Part shown: positions 51,448 to 62,690 of the stretch, piece after piece | Layout of the letters: every line of letters starts with the position of its first letter | How positions within the stretch are numbered: the stretch's first letter is position 1 | DNA from: Octopus sinensis | Lineage: Eukaryota | Assembly (NCBI RefSeq): GCF_006345805.1 | Contig: NC_043011.1 | Span: 46,016,464-46,080,463 of the forward strand | Length of the DNA: 64,000 bases | Direction of reading: 5' to 3' | Program-made: the position numbers and the translations under genes | Notes under the pieces: model-generated | The model's database searches: none | Told to the model about the DNA's origin: nothing | What the model saw: only the letters and a program-made list of their open reading frames with translations

Positions 51448-52759
51448 TTTAATATAAATCTACCTTTACTGATATGTTTGTATTTAAATTAAAATCTGAA
51501 GAAAAATCTCGTTATAACATGAATGTTATAATTTATGCGCACACACCCTACACATGCACAAGCTGATGCATGCATCATGCACACGTTCTCACACACATAT
51601 ACACATATGTACATGCACACACATGTATAAATGTTGCTTGGCACCACCAGAGGGAGTGATAGTATCGGAAGTTGATGAAACCATTGTGATTTCCTGGTGG
51701 CATCTGATATAAAGAATGTCATCTAGTGCCTATTGCAATTCAAATATGGCTTCATATTCTATGTGAGAATTAATAATTATAGTAACGTTTTGAACGAAAG
51801 TGAACTTGCTTTTAAAAGGTGTAAATTTTATTTCAATTTACAGAGGAAGAAAATCTAAGGAGCACCAAAAAAAAAAATTTTTTTTTTTTCTTTTTCTTAG
51901 AAAATTTAAAACTTTGAATAAAAAAATATTTCTCGAAATCTTTACTAGTATATTTTGCATTCAGATGAATATTAAAAAGTTGTATGCAATTTATGATTAA
52001 TGACTGAACAACTTTGATTTTTTTTTTTTTTCTTTTTCTCACCTCAAATAAAAATCGGGAAACAGAAGAGACAAAATAGGGTGAAAGCAGAAAAGTGAAA
52101 ATAAATACATAAATGGCATTTACCTTCAAACACAAACATTTGCATGGTAGCTTAAGGTATGATAGCTTATAAATCATGAATGAAATTAGTTTTAATATCC
52201 AGAGTAGAAATACTTAAAATATGGATTGAATGACAGGTTAGGTGCTGTTGAAATATAGATTAAATAGAAATCAATTAGATTAACTGATAGCCATTTCAAT
52301 TAGATGTAAAAAAGGAAGTATTATATGTAATACCGTTGTAACAAGATAACATGTACTCTGCAAAAAAAGTTGATAATTGTATTGTTTATAAGGTACATAA
52401 ATTGAGAGAGAGAGAGAGGGAGGGAGGGAGAGTTGCGAGATAGAGAGAGAGAGAGAAAGGAAGGGAGGGAGAAGATGGGAACTAGAGAATTAAGTTTACG
52501 ACTAGATTATTATTATGCATGGAAAAAATATGCACACACACACACACAGACCCACACATACACACGCACTAAACAACACACCACGCATACACACATGCTC
52601 ATAATTTGATTCAATTATTTCACTGCTAATGTGTGCGAAAATAAAGTTTAAAGAAACAAAAACTACAGCATCACTAACAGTTAATATATGTTAATATATG
52701 TTAATATAATTAATTTATGAAAGCATAAGAGTTTATGATATATGCAAGAAACAAACAAC

Positions 52760-52817
<58 letters not shown>

Positions 52818-53248
52818 CTTTATTAAAAGCAGCAGAAATATCACAAAAACTGTTATTCAGAGTTTCACGTTCCTGTTCGTTGGACAGTTTTGTTAGATTT
52901 TGTGTGATATTTTGCTGCTTTTAAATAAAGCATATTTACTCTACCTCTGGTATTTGAGTACTCTTTTCTCCACCTTGTTTCACATTTATGTGCTTACTCC
53001 AGTATATATATATATATAAAGTTAAACCATACATGAAAACACAAAGAGAAAACACAACAACACGAGGACGTGGAACAAGTATAGTGTTATTGGACGCTTA
53101 GGAAAGGAAAGAAAGAAGGAGGATTTAATGTTTCAAGCGGAGCTCTTCGTCAGAAACATAGGGAAAGGAAAGATCCAAGGAAGGGAAGACGGAGGAAAAA
53201 AATCCCCAATGATACACACGCGGTCACATATACATATATATATATGTG

Positions 53249-53312
<64 letters not shown>

Positions 53313-53370
53313 TAGGAAAAAAGCAACAAGAATGGATTAAAATCTCGGTACGATCGTTTCGTACGAGGAC
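52818..53370 (-). mobile_element. Stack of three decayed HHR-bearing (Penelope-pLTR-like) fragments separated by (TA)n
   Basis: HHR relics at 52848-52889, 53124-53157 and a 3' half at 53349-53370. Confidence 0.6.
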
Positions 53371-53914
53371 ATCTTTAATATATGTTCAGAATTTGAATGA
53401 GGCAATAATTCCAACAAAGCAAAAATAACAAATTTCAATTGCAGTATTCATAAATCAGGGTTGAATTAAGCATATTGTAGATGTATGCGAAATGTAAATG
53501 CTTGAAATAAAGCTCAATTATGCGACAGATGAATGCTGTGAATGAAAAATGTTGTTCAGATAGAAGAAAGGAAATTAGCATATGTGATGAAATAACCCAA
53601 GAGAATTAAGAAGATAATGCAAAGCTATGCCTCGTTCAACATGCCTTAGATTAAGAGTAACATGAATAAGAATTGGCAATAACTGATCCTGCTGGTTTCT
53701 GCTTTGGCTGAGATCTGTCAAAGAAGAGAGAACAGACAAGCCAGGGTTCTGCGGTTTTAGCCTGTACATAAATAAGAAGTACTGTTTTCTGTTTTGTTGT
53801 TTAAATCAGTGAAAAACAATGATTGACTAAATCTGAACCTGGTTGTGTGAGAGTGGCTACTAATCATTAATTTGTGCACTGCACATATAATTAAAAATAT
53901 ACTTAAATCAAATT

Positions 53915-54320
53915 CAATGACTGGCATCCATGCTAGTGGAGCGCTAAGAGTATCATACGAGCAAGATCGTTACCTGCGTCACCCTACTAGCACTTGTGCT
54001 GGTGGCACGTGTAAAAAGCCATTCAAGTGAGGCCATTGCCAGTGCCACTGGACTGGCTCCTGTGCAGGTGGCACATAAAAAGCACCATTTAAGCGTGGCT
54101 GCTGCCAGTATCACCTAACTAGCCCTTGTGCCGGTGGCACGTAAAAGCACCCACTACACTCTCAGAGTGGTTGGCATTAGGAAAGGCATCCAGCTGTAGA
54201 AACTCTGCCAGATCAGATTGGAGCCTGGTGCAGCCATCTGGTTCACCAGACCTTAGTCAAATCATCTAACCCATGCTAGCATGGAAAGCGGACGTTAAAC
54301 GATGATGATGATGATGATGA
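53915..54320 (+). mobile_element. Family-D SINE
   Basis: Internal repeats, diagnostic block and (GAT)n tail. Confidence 0.85.
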
Positions 54321-54469
54321 TATGCATACACATGTTTACTGTAAAGATATATAAAAGCCAGTATGGTGACCAAATTATATTTGGGCGTATTGAATGTAGA
54401 CAGCTATCACAATGGAGTTTAAATGTTTTGACAGTTTTATTACTCTTAGTAGTAGATCAATATTCTCAT

Positions 54470-54690
54470 AATATTCAGTGAGTTGGCAGAATCATTAGCA
54501 TGCTGGGGAAAATGCGTAGCAGCCTTTTATCTGTGTTTAATGTTCTGAGTTCAAATGCTGCCGAGGTTGACTTTAATTTTCACCCTTTTGGGGGGTCAAT
54601 AAAATTGAGTCCCAGTTGAACATTGTGGGGTCTATCTAATCAACTTAGCTTCTTCCTTGAATTGCTGGCCTTGTGCAAAAATTTGAAATC
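54470..54690 (+). mobile_element. Diverged family-M SINE
   Basis: Head and central block. Confidence 0.7.
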
Positions 54691-55528
54691 AGAATTATAC
54701 CAGAAGCTGATGAGAAAAATAATATTTCATGGGAGAGCCAGGAAAAACAGGCCAAAGGATCTGAATTGGGAAGCAAACCCCATATTTTATGTAGTCAGTA
54801 ATAGTTTCCTCAATTTTCTTGATGTTAAGGGCTAAATCATACTTAAAACAGAATATGGTGTCTAACTATCATTTCAATGTCTACCATTGTGGATTTAGCA
54901 TTAGAAATTTTGTGAACTCCACTGACATCATCTAATTTTCTTATCATGACTGAAGGGAGCAGAAATTAATAGAGGGATCATATAGCCATATGTTACTCCA
55001 ATTTTTAGAATAAAACAACATAGAGTTGGCAAATTTGAAAAACTGGTGACTTAGTCATAAGGTCAAATAAATAACTAGAAAAAGACCAAATGATAAATTT
55101 TCGACACCAACTGCCAATCAGTTGAATGGCCTTCTTTTGGATGTTGGTGCCTGTAGTCATTCCATAAAAGATAGTAACTCTCTAATGAGGTTTTGACTGA
55201 AGCATATGCTGGCCCTAAAAGGTTTGCTGATGAAGAAACATGGGTTGGTAGAAGAGGAAATTAAAAATACATGTGTTTCTGAAAATTAATAAATCAGCTA
55301 AGGATATAGTATTGGGGGTTATGTTTTAAGTAACTAAAGAAACAGCAACGCTAAGTGGTTTTGGAAGGGATAAAATGAAGGGATGATATCTTCAGAACAG
55401 AACAGGTTGATAGAAGAGATAGAAAGAAAATAAGCTCATTGATTAATCATTACTAATCATGTAGTTTGGTAATTTGGATAAGAATTAATTATACAACAAA
55501 ATCCATTTTAAGAGACACCATATATATA

Positions 55529-55566
<38 letters not shown>

Positions 55567-55587
55567 ATATGTATATGTATATATATA

Positions 55588-55767
55588 ATATGTGACAATT
55601 GGTTGTCATAATAAAACTCAGAGTTTCGGATGCCGGGGCTGAAATCTGCTCCGGCATCTTATCAGTTATTAAGTGTTCGTAATAACTGATGAGAAGTCGG
55701 AGCAGCCTACAATCCCAGCATCCGAAACTCTGAGTTTTACTATGACACCCAGCTAATTGTCACATAT
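55588..55767. repeat. Fold-back palindromic element with HHR motifs in both arms, inside (TA)n
   Basis: Arms mirror around a 10-nt spacer at 55671-80; CTGATGA..CATCC-GAAAC-TCTGA-GTT on +, CTGATAA variant on -. Confidence 0.85.
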
Positions 55768-55771
55768 CATA

Positions 55772-55818
<47 letters not shown>

Positions 55819-55846
55819 TACGTACATACATACATACATATATATG

Positions 55847-55882
<36 letters not shown>

Positions 55883-56328
55883 ATATATTATATATATTAT
55901 ATATATATATATATATTTACACACGCAAATTTTATCATCACTAAATGTGACTAAGTGTGCTGAAGCACTTGTCTTGCAAGAAATAGGGGTTAAAAACTCT
56001 TAATGCTGTAAGAAGCTCGCATTAAGGGTTTTTAACTGTTATTTCTTGCAATATAGGTGCTTAGTGATGATAAGATTTTTTTCCTTTATATTATTTATAT
56101 TGCAACTAGCTGTTTATATTAATTTGTGTGTGTGAGTGTGTGCGTGTGTACTGATAGAGAAAGAAGGAGGGAGAAAGAAACAGACAGACCAAGTGTTGAT
56201 TACAGGGTCCAAAACTGAAAGAAAGAATTGAGATGTCACTATTACAATCATTGTTAATCTGACAAATGTAATTAAACTTGTCGTTATACTGACAACAGAG
56301 CAATGCAATTTACATTTTATCATTTCAG

Positions 56329-56437
56329 ACTAACAAGGCCAACGCTTCTCAGTGTAGAAGTTGAGATATCAGGGCTGAACATGATGATGTATGATGTCGT
56401 TCTGTGCATGTATGATATAACAGAAAGTAAATTCTTG
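56329..56437 (+). CDS. Candidate 109-nt exon (LTRPTLLSVEVEISGLNMMMYDVVLCMYDITESKFL)
   Basis: cattttatcatttcag acceptor, TTG|gtaagc donor, open frame. Confidence 0.3.
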
Positions 56438-56472
56438 GTAAGCTGAGTCTGCACACAAACACCGATTCTTAC

Positions 56473-56573
56473 TTTATAATGCTTTCGCTTTACTTCACTT
56501 GTTAATACTCTTTGGCAATGAATGTCATGACAACTTGAATTTTCTCCTTCCAAAGAAATCTTAATCCCTAATC
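56473..56573 (-). CDS. Candidate 101-nt exon (LGIKISLEGENSSCHDIHCQRVLTSEVKRKHYK), phase 1-0
   Basis: ctttagttttccccacaag acceptor, gtaaga donor, single open frame; joins in frame to the 49389 exon. Confidence 0.35.
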
Positions 56574-56909
56574 CTTGTGGGGAAAACTAAAGGTAATTAT
56601 TCTCAGTGAAACATTATAAAGAAACAAAAGCAAATAAATTATATTTCTTGCAATCTACAGAAATAAATGTGGTTCTATGAAGTATTTTACCAATTTTGGA
56701 TGTGATTTCTTTTACAGAAATGGCACGACTAAAAGTTGATCAAAACTTGTGGATCTAAGAAATTTTCTTCTCATCCACATGGTTCCAGGTTCAGTATCAG
56801 CGTGTGGCACCTTGGGCAGGTGTCTTCTACTATAGCCTTGGGCCGACCAAAGACTTGTGAGAGGATCAGATAGATGGAAACTGAAAGAATCCTGTCATAT
56901 GTGTATGTC

Positions 56910-56951
<42 letters not shown>

Positions 56952-57393
56952 TATTTTTAAGTCCATTCACGTGAAGCATTTTTGAGTATGCTCATAAAAG
57001 CTCCTATGCTTTTATCCAAAGTTCCTCGTCTTCTTCTTCTTATATATATATATATATATATATTGAGCTTCAAACTATTACACCTGCTTGATGTTCTTTC
57101 ACCTGTCTTCATTTTTTGTTTTCTGTGAATTAGAACTATATATGTATAGTTTAGAGACAAACCACTATTTATTATTCCATCAATAGTGAAAAAATATCTA
57201 TAATAACCATATAGAAATTAATTAGATATCTTATAATTATTATTCTAAAAATCTCATAAAAAATCAAACATTCCCTCACTATTAATAATATATATATATA
57301 GGTATCAATTTAGAGGAGTTTAATACCTCTAAGGGATAATTAAATCCAGAGTTGCTCCTGGCTATTAGCTGGGTAGGTACAGTCTTTTGTAAG

Positions 57394-57432
<39 letters not shown>

Positions 57433-58078
57433 GTATGTTTCAGAAAGAAGTGCTACCTGAGTACAAAGCAATAATAAGAAAGAAAGATGACAAAGAAATT
57501 AATGATTATCTTATGAACTTCATTAGCTTACAGCAGTTTCTGCTATCAGATGCAGTCGACTCATAACTGAGTGCCTGAATTACATCTTATAGCTTCATCA
57601 AAACCTCAAATATAGCAATGCGTAATCAATATATATATATATATAATCATTTTGAGAATATATAAACCTCTTATAGGGATAGTTTTATCCAAGATATACT
57701 GGTTCAATATATTACACTTTGAAGGTATAATTCTTCAATAAATATATTATGCAAATATCAAATATTATTTAGTAAGCAAATGGAGAGATGTAATGGATAT
57801 AAATTAATTTTTAATCAATTAACATTGCCTACAATAGTTTCAATTTACACTCAATGCAAATTATAAAATATATATAATAAAATAATTTTGCATTTTTTAA
57901 GATTTTGAATGAAATATTTTCAGGGCAAAAAGGACATTACAGAATTTACATGTGAATCAGTGCTACGCAGTGGGACTGAACTTAGAACCATGTGGTTGAG
58001 AAGCAAGCTTCTTACCACACAGCCATGCCTGCACCTACATAGGTACATAAATATATATGTACATGTGTATATAATATA

Positions 58079-58197
<119 letters not shown>

Positions 58198-58236
58198 ATA
58201 TATATAAGCGAGAAGAAGCAACAAGAATGGATAGGT

Positions 58237-58327
58237 TTTTAGTACGATCGTTTCATACAAGGACAGGTTTTATTAAAAGTTGCAAAGATTACAGCATATA
58301 AACGAGTCCCGTACTCATCAGCTAAAA
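58237..58327 (-). ncRNA. Mirror-image hammerhead in the left palindrome arm
   Basis: Exact reverse complement of 58519-58609. Confidence 0.7.
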
Positions 58328-58518
58328 TACATGTAAGTTCTCTAGACATCCTAGTGTTTGAGGCTATACTCATGAAGTAATGTAGATAATTAAACAGATT
58401 TCTAAAGTTCATTAAAGTTCCTAAGGAACTTTAATGAACTTTAGAAATCTGTTTAATTATCTACATTACTTCATGAGTATAGCCTCAAACACTAGGATGT
58501 CTAGAGAACTTACATGTA

Positions 58519-58609
58519 TTTTAGCTGATGAGTACGGGACTCGTTTATATGCTGTAATCTTTGCAACTTTTAATAAAACCTGTCCTTGTATGAAACGATC
58601 GTACTAAAA
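58519..58609 (+). ncRNA. Type I hammerhead ribozyme candidate (minimal, palindromic stem III)
   Basis: TTTTAG-CTGATGA-GTACGGGAC..GTCCTTGTAT-GAAAC-GATC-GTA-CTAAAA. Confidence 0.75.
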
Positions 58610-59021
58610 ACCTATCCATTCTTGTTGCTTCTTTCTCGCTTATAATCACCCCACATTACTGTATTGTTAAATCAGTATTGTTTTTTTTGGTGCATCTAAG
58701 TTAGGTACCATATTCAAGTAAATTTTTTAAATTAACTTGAATCTTTATTGCTCTTTGTATATATATATATATATATACATACATATATATATATTGTTAA
58801 AAACGGTGAGATAACAAAAGAAAGAAAGAGACCTCGATACATATATATATATATATATATATTTGAGTAATTGAATGAATTATCTTATTAAGGATAATTC
58901 GAAAGATAACCGATACCTGGGTAGCAATTCACATCAGAAAGAACACGGTTGAAGCTACAAAACATATGTCGAGAATAAAGGATATTTGTTAACTAGTCGT
59001 TCAACTCCATTCTTTCATATA

Positions 59022-59074
<53 letters not shown>

Positions 59075-59209
59075 GAGACCTACATATATATATATATGTA
59101 ACACATGGTATAATTATAAACAGGGCAAATTTTAGCCAATTCTCCATCGAATGAAAACATGATGAACAACCTTAATCGATTTTTTAACGATATTGGATTC
59201 TTATCAGAG

Positions 59210-59430
59210 GAATTATAATGGGGTAGGCTTTTAAGGAGTTACCCTGGAGTTCTTGCTCATAAGGGGTTTAGCTTTACAGCATATCTTCAGACCCCAAACA
59301 CTGCTAGCCTGAGACTAAAGAGGTCTCAGGCCAGCAGTGTTTAGGGTCTGAAGATACGCCGTAAGGCTAAACCCCTTATGAGTGAGAAACCCAGGGTAAC
59401 CCCATAAACTGGCCTACCTCAATATAATAT
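59210..59430. repeat. Diverged fold-back palindromic element
   Basis: GGTAGG..AGGGGTTTAGC..CTTCAGACCC..CCTGAGAC is mirrored around about 59320. Confidence 0.85.
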
Positions 59431-59631
59431 TAACTGCTCTACATCTTAGAGTGTGCTTCTCCTCCAGATTTATGTATTTCTACAAACAATCATATATATG
59501 TATATATATATATATATATATAAATTTAAAATGAGGGTGAGAAATTGGATGTTAATTTAATTAACATCAATTTAACACCAATGGTCTAGCATATTAAAAT
59601 CTGAAGTTTCAGTAAATTGTATTATATACAC

Positions 59632-59868
59632 ATGAGAGGCATGACCACTATGTGGACAACCCTTATGCTAGAGGTAGATCCACTATGGTCTTACCACTAA
59701 GACCATAGTGGATCAAGTAAAATTACGTAGACTGTTAATAGTGAAGCATGTATTTGAATAATCTATATTTTTGTTACTTTTCATTTGTCTTGCTCGCTTA
59801 CATTTCTTAGTGGTTAGACCATAGCGGATCTACTTCTAGCATAAGGGTTGTCCACATAGTGATCATCC

Positions 59869-59875
<7 letters not shown>
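59632..59875. repeat. Inverted-repeat element (arms 59632-59701 and 59806-59875) with an internal 17-bp hairpin
   Basis: Read directly; hairpin at 59677-59714. Confidence 0.85.
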
Positions 59876-59916
<41 letters not shown>

Positions 59917-59929
59917 CATATATGTCTGT

Positions 59930-60355
59930 GTCTGAACCCGGAACCATGTGGCTGGTATTGTATTTTGTATTTATTCTCTTATTCTTTTACTTGTTTCAGT
60001 TGTTTCCATGCTGGAGCACTACCTTGATGGGTTTTAGTGAAACGAATCAACCCCAGGACTTTTTTTTATTTTAAGAGTAGTACTTATTCTATTGGATGCT
60101 TTTGCCAAACTGCTAAGTTATGGAGATGTAAACACACCATCAAACACAGACATACATAGAAAACTACATATATATATATACGACGGGCTTCTTTCAGTTT
60201 ACTTTCGCTTTCTTTCAGTTTCCCTATACCCACTCACAAGGCTTTGGTCCCAAGACTGTGGTAGAAGACACTTGTCCAAGATGCTACACAGTGGGACTGA
60301 TCTTGGAACCATGTGGTTGGGAAGCAAGCTTCTTACCACACAGCCACACCTGCAC
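59930..60355 (-). mobile_element. Family-B SINE pieces
   Basis: Reverse 3' extension and head. Confidence 0.75.
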
Positions 60356-61134
60356 CTACATAGGTACAATTTCAAATAACCTTTTTTAAAGTCATATTGT
60401 CGCACTGTTTTTCAATCCTGGTAAGATATATTTCGATCTTTATAAATGTTTAAAATAAAGAGTTGCTTTTATTAATCGATTTTACAAAACTGCTAGCTTT
60501 AAAACGTAAAATAGACACTGACTTCAACAAGTAACTAAATAAAATCATATAACTATATACACGTTTTGTAAGCTTGGATAGCTAAAGTTTATGCTACCCA
60601 ACTTAAATTGAATGTAGATAAATGGATAGAGAGAGAGAGAGTGAAAGTAGGCGAGTCGATAAGCTATGAGTAAATGAACTTCGGTGATAGTTAATGCAAT
60701 AGAGTCGTGTCCCTTGCAATGACACATAGTTATTTCCCTTGTTAAGATAAATATTCACGCAGTTATCTTAACGTTTGCCTGTCTTAGTATGGTTATGAGT
60801 TCCCATTGAAGATTGTTACGGGGAGAGAGAGAGGCATGTTATTGCTGTGAGAAATCAAAATTTTCATTAAATTAAACACTCAATCTATACTTAATACTTT
60901 TTTTATAAATTCATTTATCTATATTCATATATCTAAAGATAAACTAAAACACTCTGATTACTGGTTTTATTATTTCCCTTATGTTAAATTCTAATAGGCG
61001 AAGTAGTGAGATAGGTGGTTGTTCAATATAACTAGATAGCGCTGGCAGAACAGCTGAAAGAGGACATTATGCTGTTATCTTCATGAAGGATATTTACTTA
61101 ATACGTCAGAAATAACTTACCAAACACTTATAAT

Positions 61135-61480
61135 AATGATAATAATGGAATTATTGTATACAGTGCTCAGGTGCACCATAACTTGTCAGAGTATATGCAG
61201 TAATGTACAAATGTCTGGAAAGTGAACAGTGTATGAGTCAGATACATGCTTGTGTGTGTATGGAATGGAGAAAATCAGGTGTAGTGTTGGTGAATCTCAG
61301 GAAGCATGGAAGTTTTGAAGGATGCAGTGCTCCAACAACTAGCAACTGATGCCGGCAGTTTGTTCCATGCTTCAGCAACTCTTAGCATGAAAAAAATGTT
61401 TCCGAAAGTCATGGGAACTGTGCTGTTTTCTGACTTTGTAAACATGTCCATGGGTGTTAGACAGATAGACTTGTTCCCAT
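61135..61480 (-). mobile_element. CR1/L2-type LINE 3' end with (ATT)n tail
   Basis: FFMLRVAEAWNKLPASV.SC.STASFKTSMLPEI motif. Confidence 0.85.
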
Positions 61481-61757
61481 CCTTCAAAGAAATAGTTTTC
61501 ACAAGAAATAGCTCTATATTTTCTAGTATACACCAGGTCTAACTCTGTTAGGCCTGGTGTATACTATTGTTTTGATGTTTTGATGGCATTCCTTGCTATA
61601 GTTTCTATGAATTTATGTCAAGGGAAGAACTAAAATGTGTACAATTTCTACTAATTTAGTATCTTTATTGAAAGGTAAGAATGTCATTCGTGCATTTTCT
61701 TTTTCAATCTTCGTTAGATTATTCTTTCTCAAATAATTTGCTCCCTAATCAAGTTTC

Positions 61758-61990
61758 GATTAGGGGAGCAAATATTTAAGAAAAAGTGGAAGTGGATTGG
61801 TAGCACAATTAGAAAAGACACCAAATGTAGTGAAAAGTGCTTTACAGTGGAATCCGTATCGATATAGAAAGAGAGGTAGGCCTAAGAACTCGTGGTGGAG
61901 ACCAACACAAAAGGAACTAGAGAAAGAGGGACATTCATGGTAGAGTATAAGTACAGAACCGACATGGAATTCAATTATAAGTGGAGGATT
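61758..61990 (+). mobile_element. RTE-clade LINE ORF2 C-terminal fragment
   Basis: KKKWKWIGSTIRKD / ALQWNPYRYRKRGRPKNSWWRPTQKELEKEG with a frameshift. Confidence 0.85.
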
Positions 61991-62345
61991 CAAGGCAGAA
62001 AAAAAAAATGAGTCAGTTTTATACTGACCAACCTCTCCAATATTTCTTTCTTCATAACTTTATACAAAAACACACTGCATTCTGTTCTGTTACCAGAAAT
62101 AACTTCTCTGAGCCCATCAACTACTGACCAAACATTTTCACCAGATTTCATTCATGATGAAACCAGTCATAAACAGCTCTGTCCCTTATTCTCTCTTTCT
62201 CTCATTCTTTCTTTCTTCCTCCCACCACAGTGGCTATCAATACAGATTGAACAGTTTATGCAGTCAGTCTACATATTTTAAGCCTCATGCTAGAGATTCT
62301 GAGTTGGTGTCTATCACACTGTAACAAATGTGCAACTGGTAACAA

Positions 62346-62690
62346 GGCATCTCCTACTTTTGTTAAACAATTCGCTAACATAAAAGTTGAGTATCTTTTA
62401 CTATTGTGGCAATTTTCTCTTGCCTAAAAGTTAGGTACCTCCTTGTCTTTTTTCAAGCAATTCTCTAGCCGAAAAGCTTGACATCTCCAACTCTTGCTAA
62501 GCTATTCTCATGCTTAAAAGCAAGGCTTCTGTTAGCTTTTGTTAAGCAATTATCTAGACTAAAAGTTACATCTATTCTATGCTTGTTAAGATAATATCTA
62601 TCCTAAAAGCACCTCCAAGCTTTTGTTAAGCAAAACTTTAGTCTAGAAGCATCTCCCAGCTATTTTTAAGCAATTCTCTAGCCTATGGTT
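62346..62690. repeat. Degenerate ~40-50-bp minisatellite
   Basis: Recurrent CATCTCC..TTTTGTTAAGCAATT.TCTAG.CTAAAAG. Confidence 0.7.

Larger units (their letters stand above)
58203..58644. repeat. Near-perfect 442-bp palindrome (centre 58423)
   Basis: Arms are reverse-complement identical apart from one 1-nt indel near the ends; essentially no spacer. Confidence 0.97.

Noticed and set aside
57436-57558. Open frame KEVLPEYKAIIRKKDDKEINDYLMNF..*
   Set aside because: Lies between (TA)n arrays with a short acceptor; cannot be distinguished from a repeat fragment.
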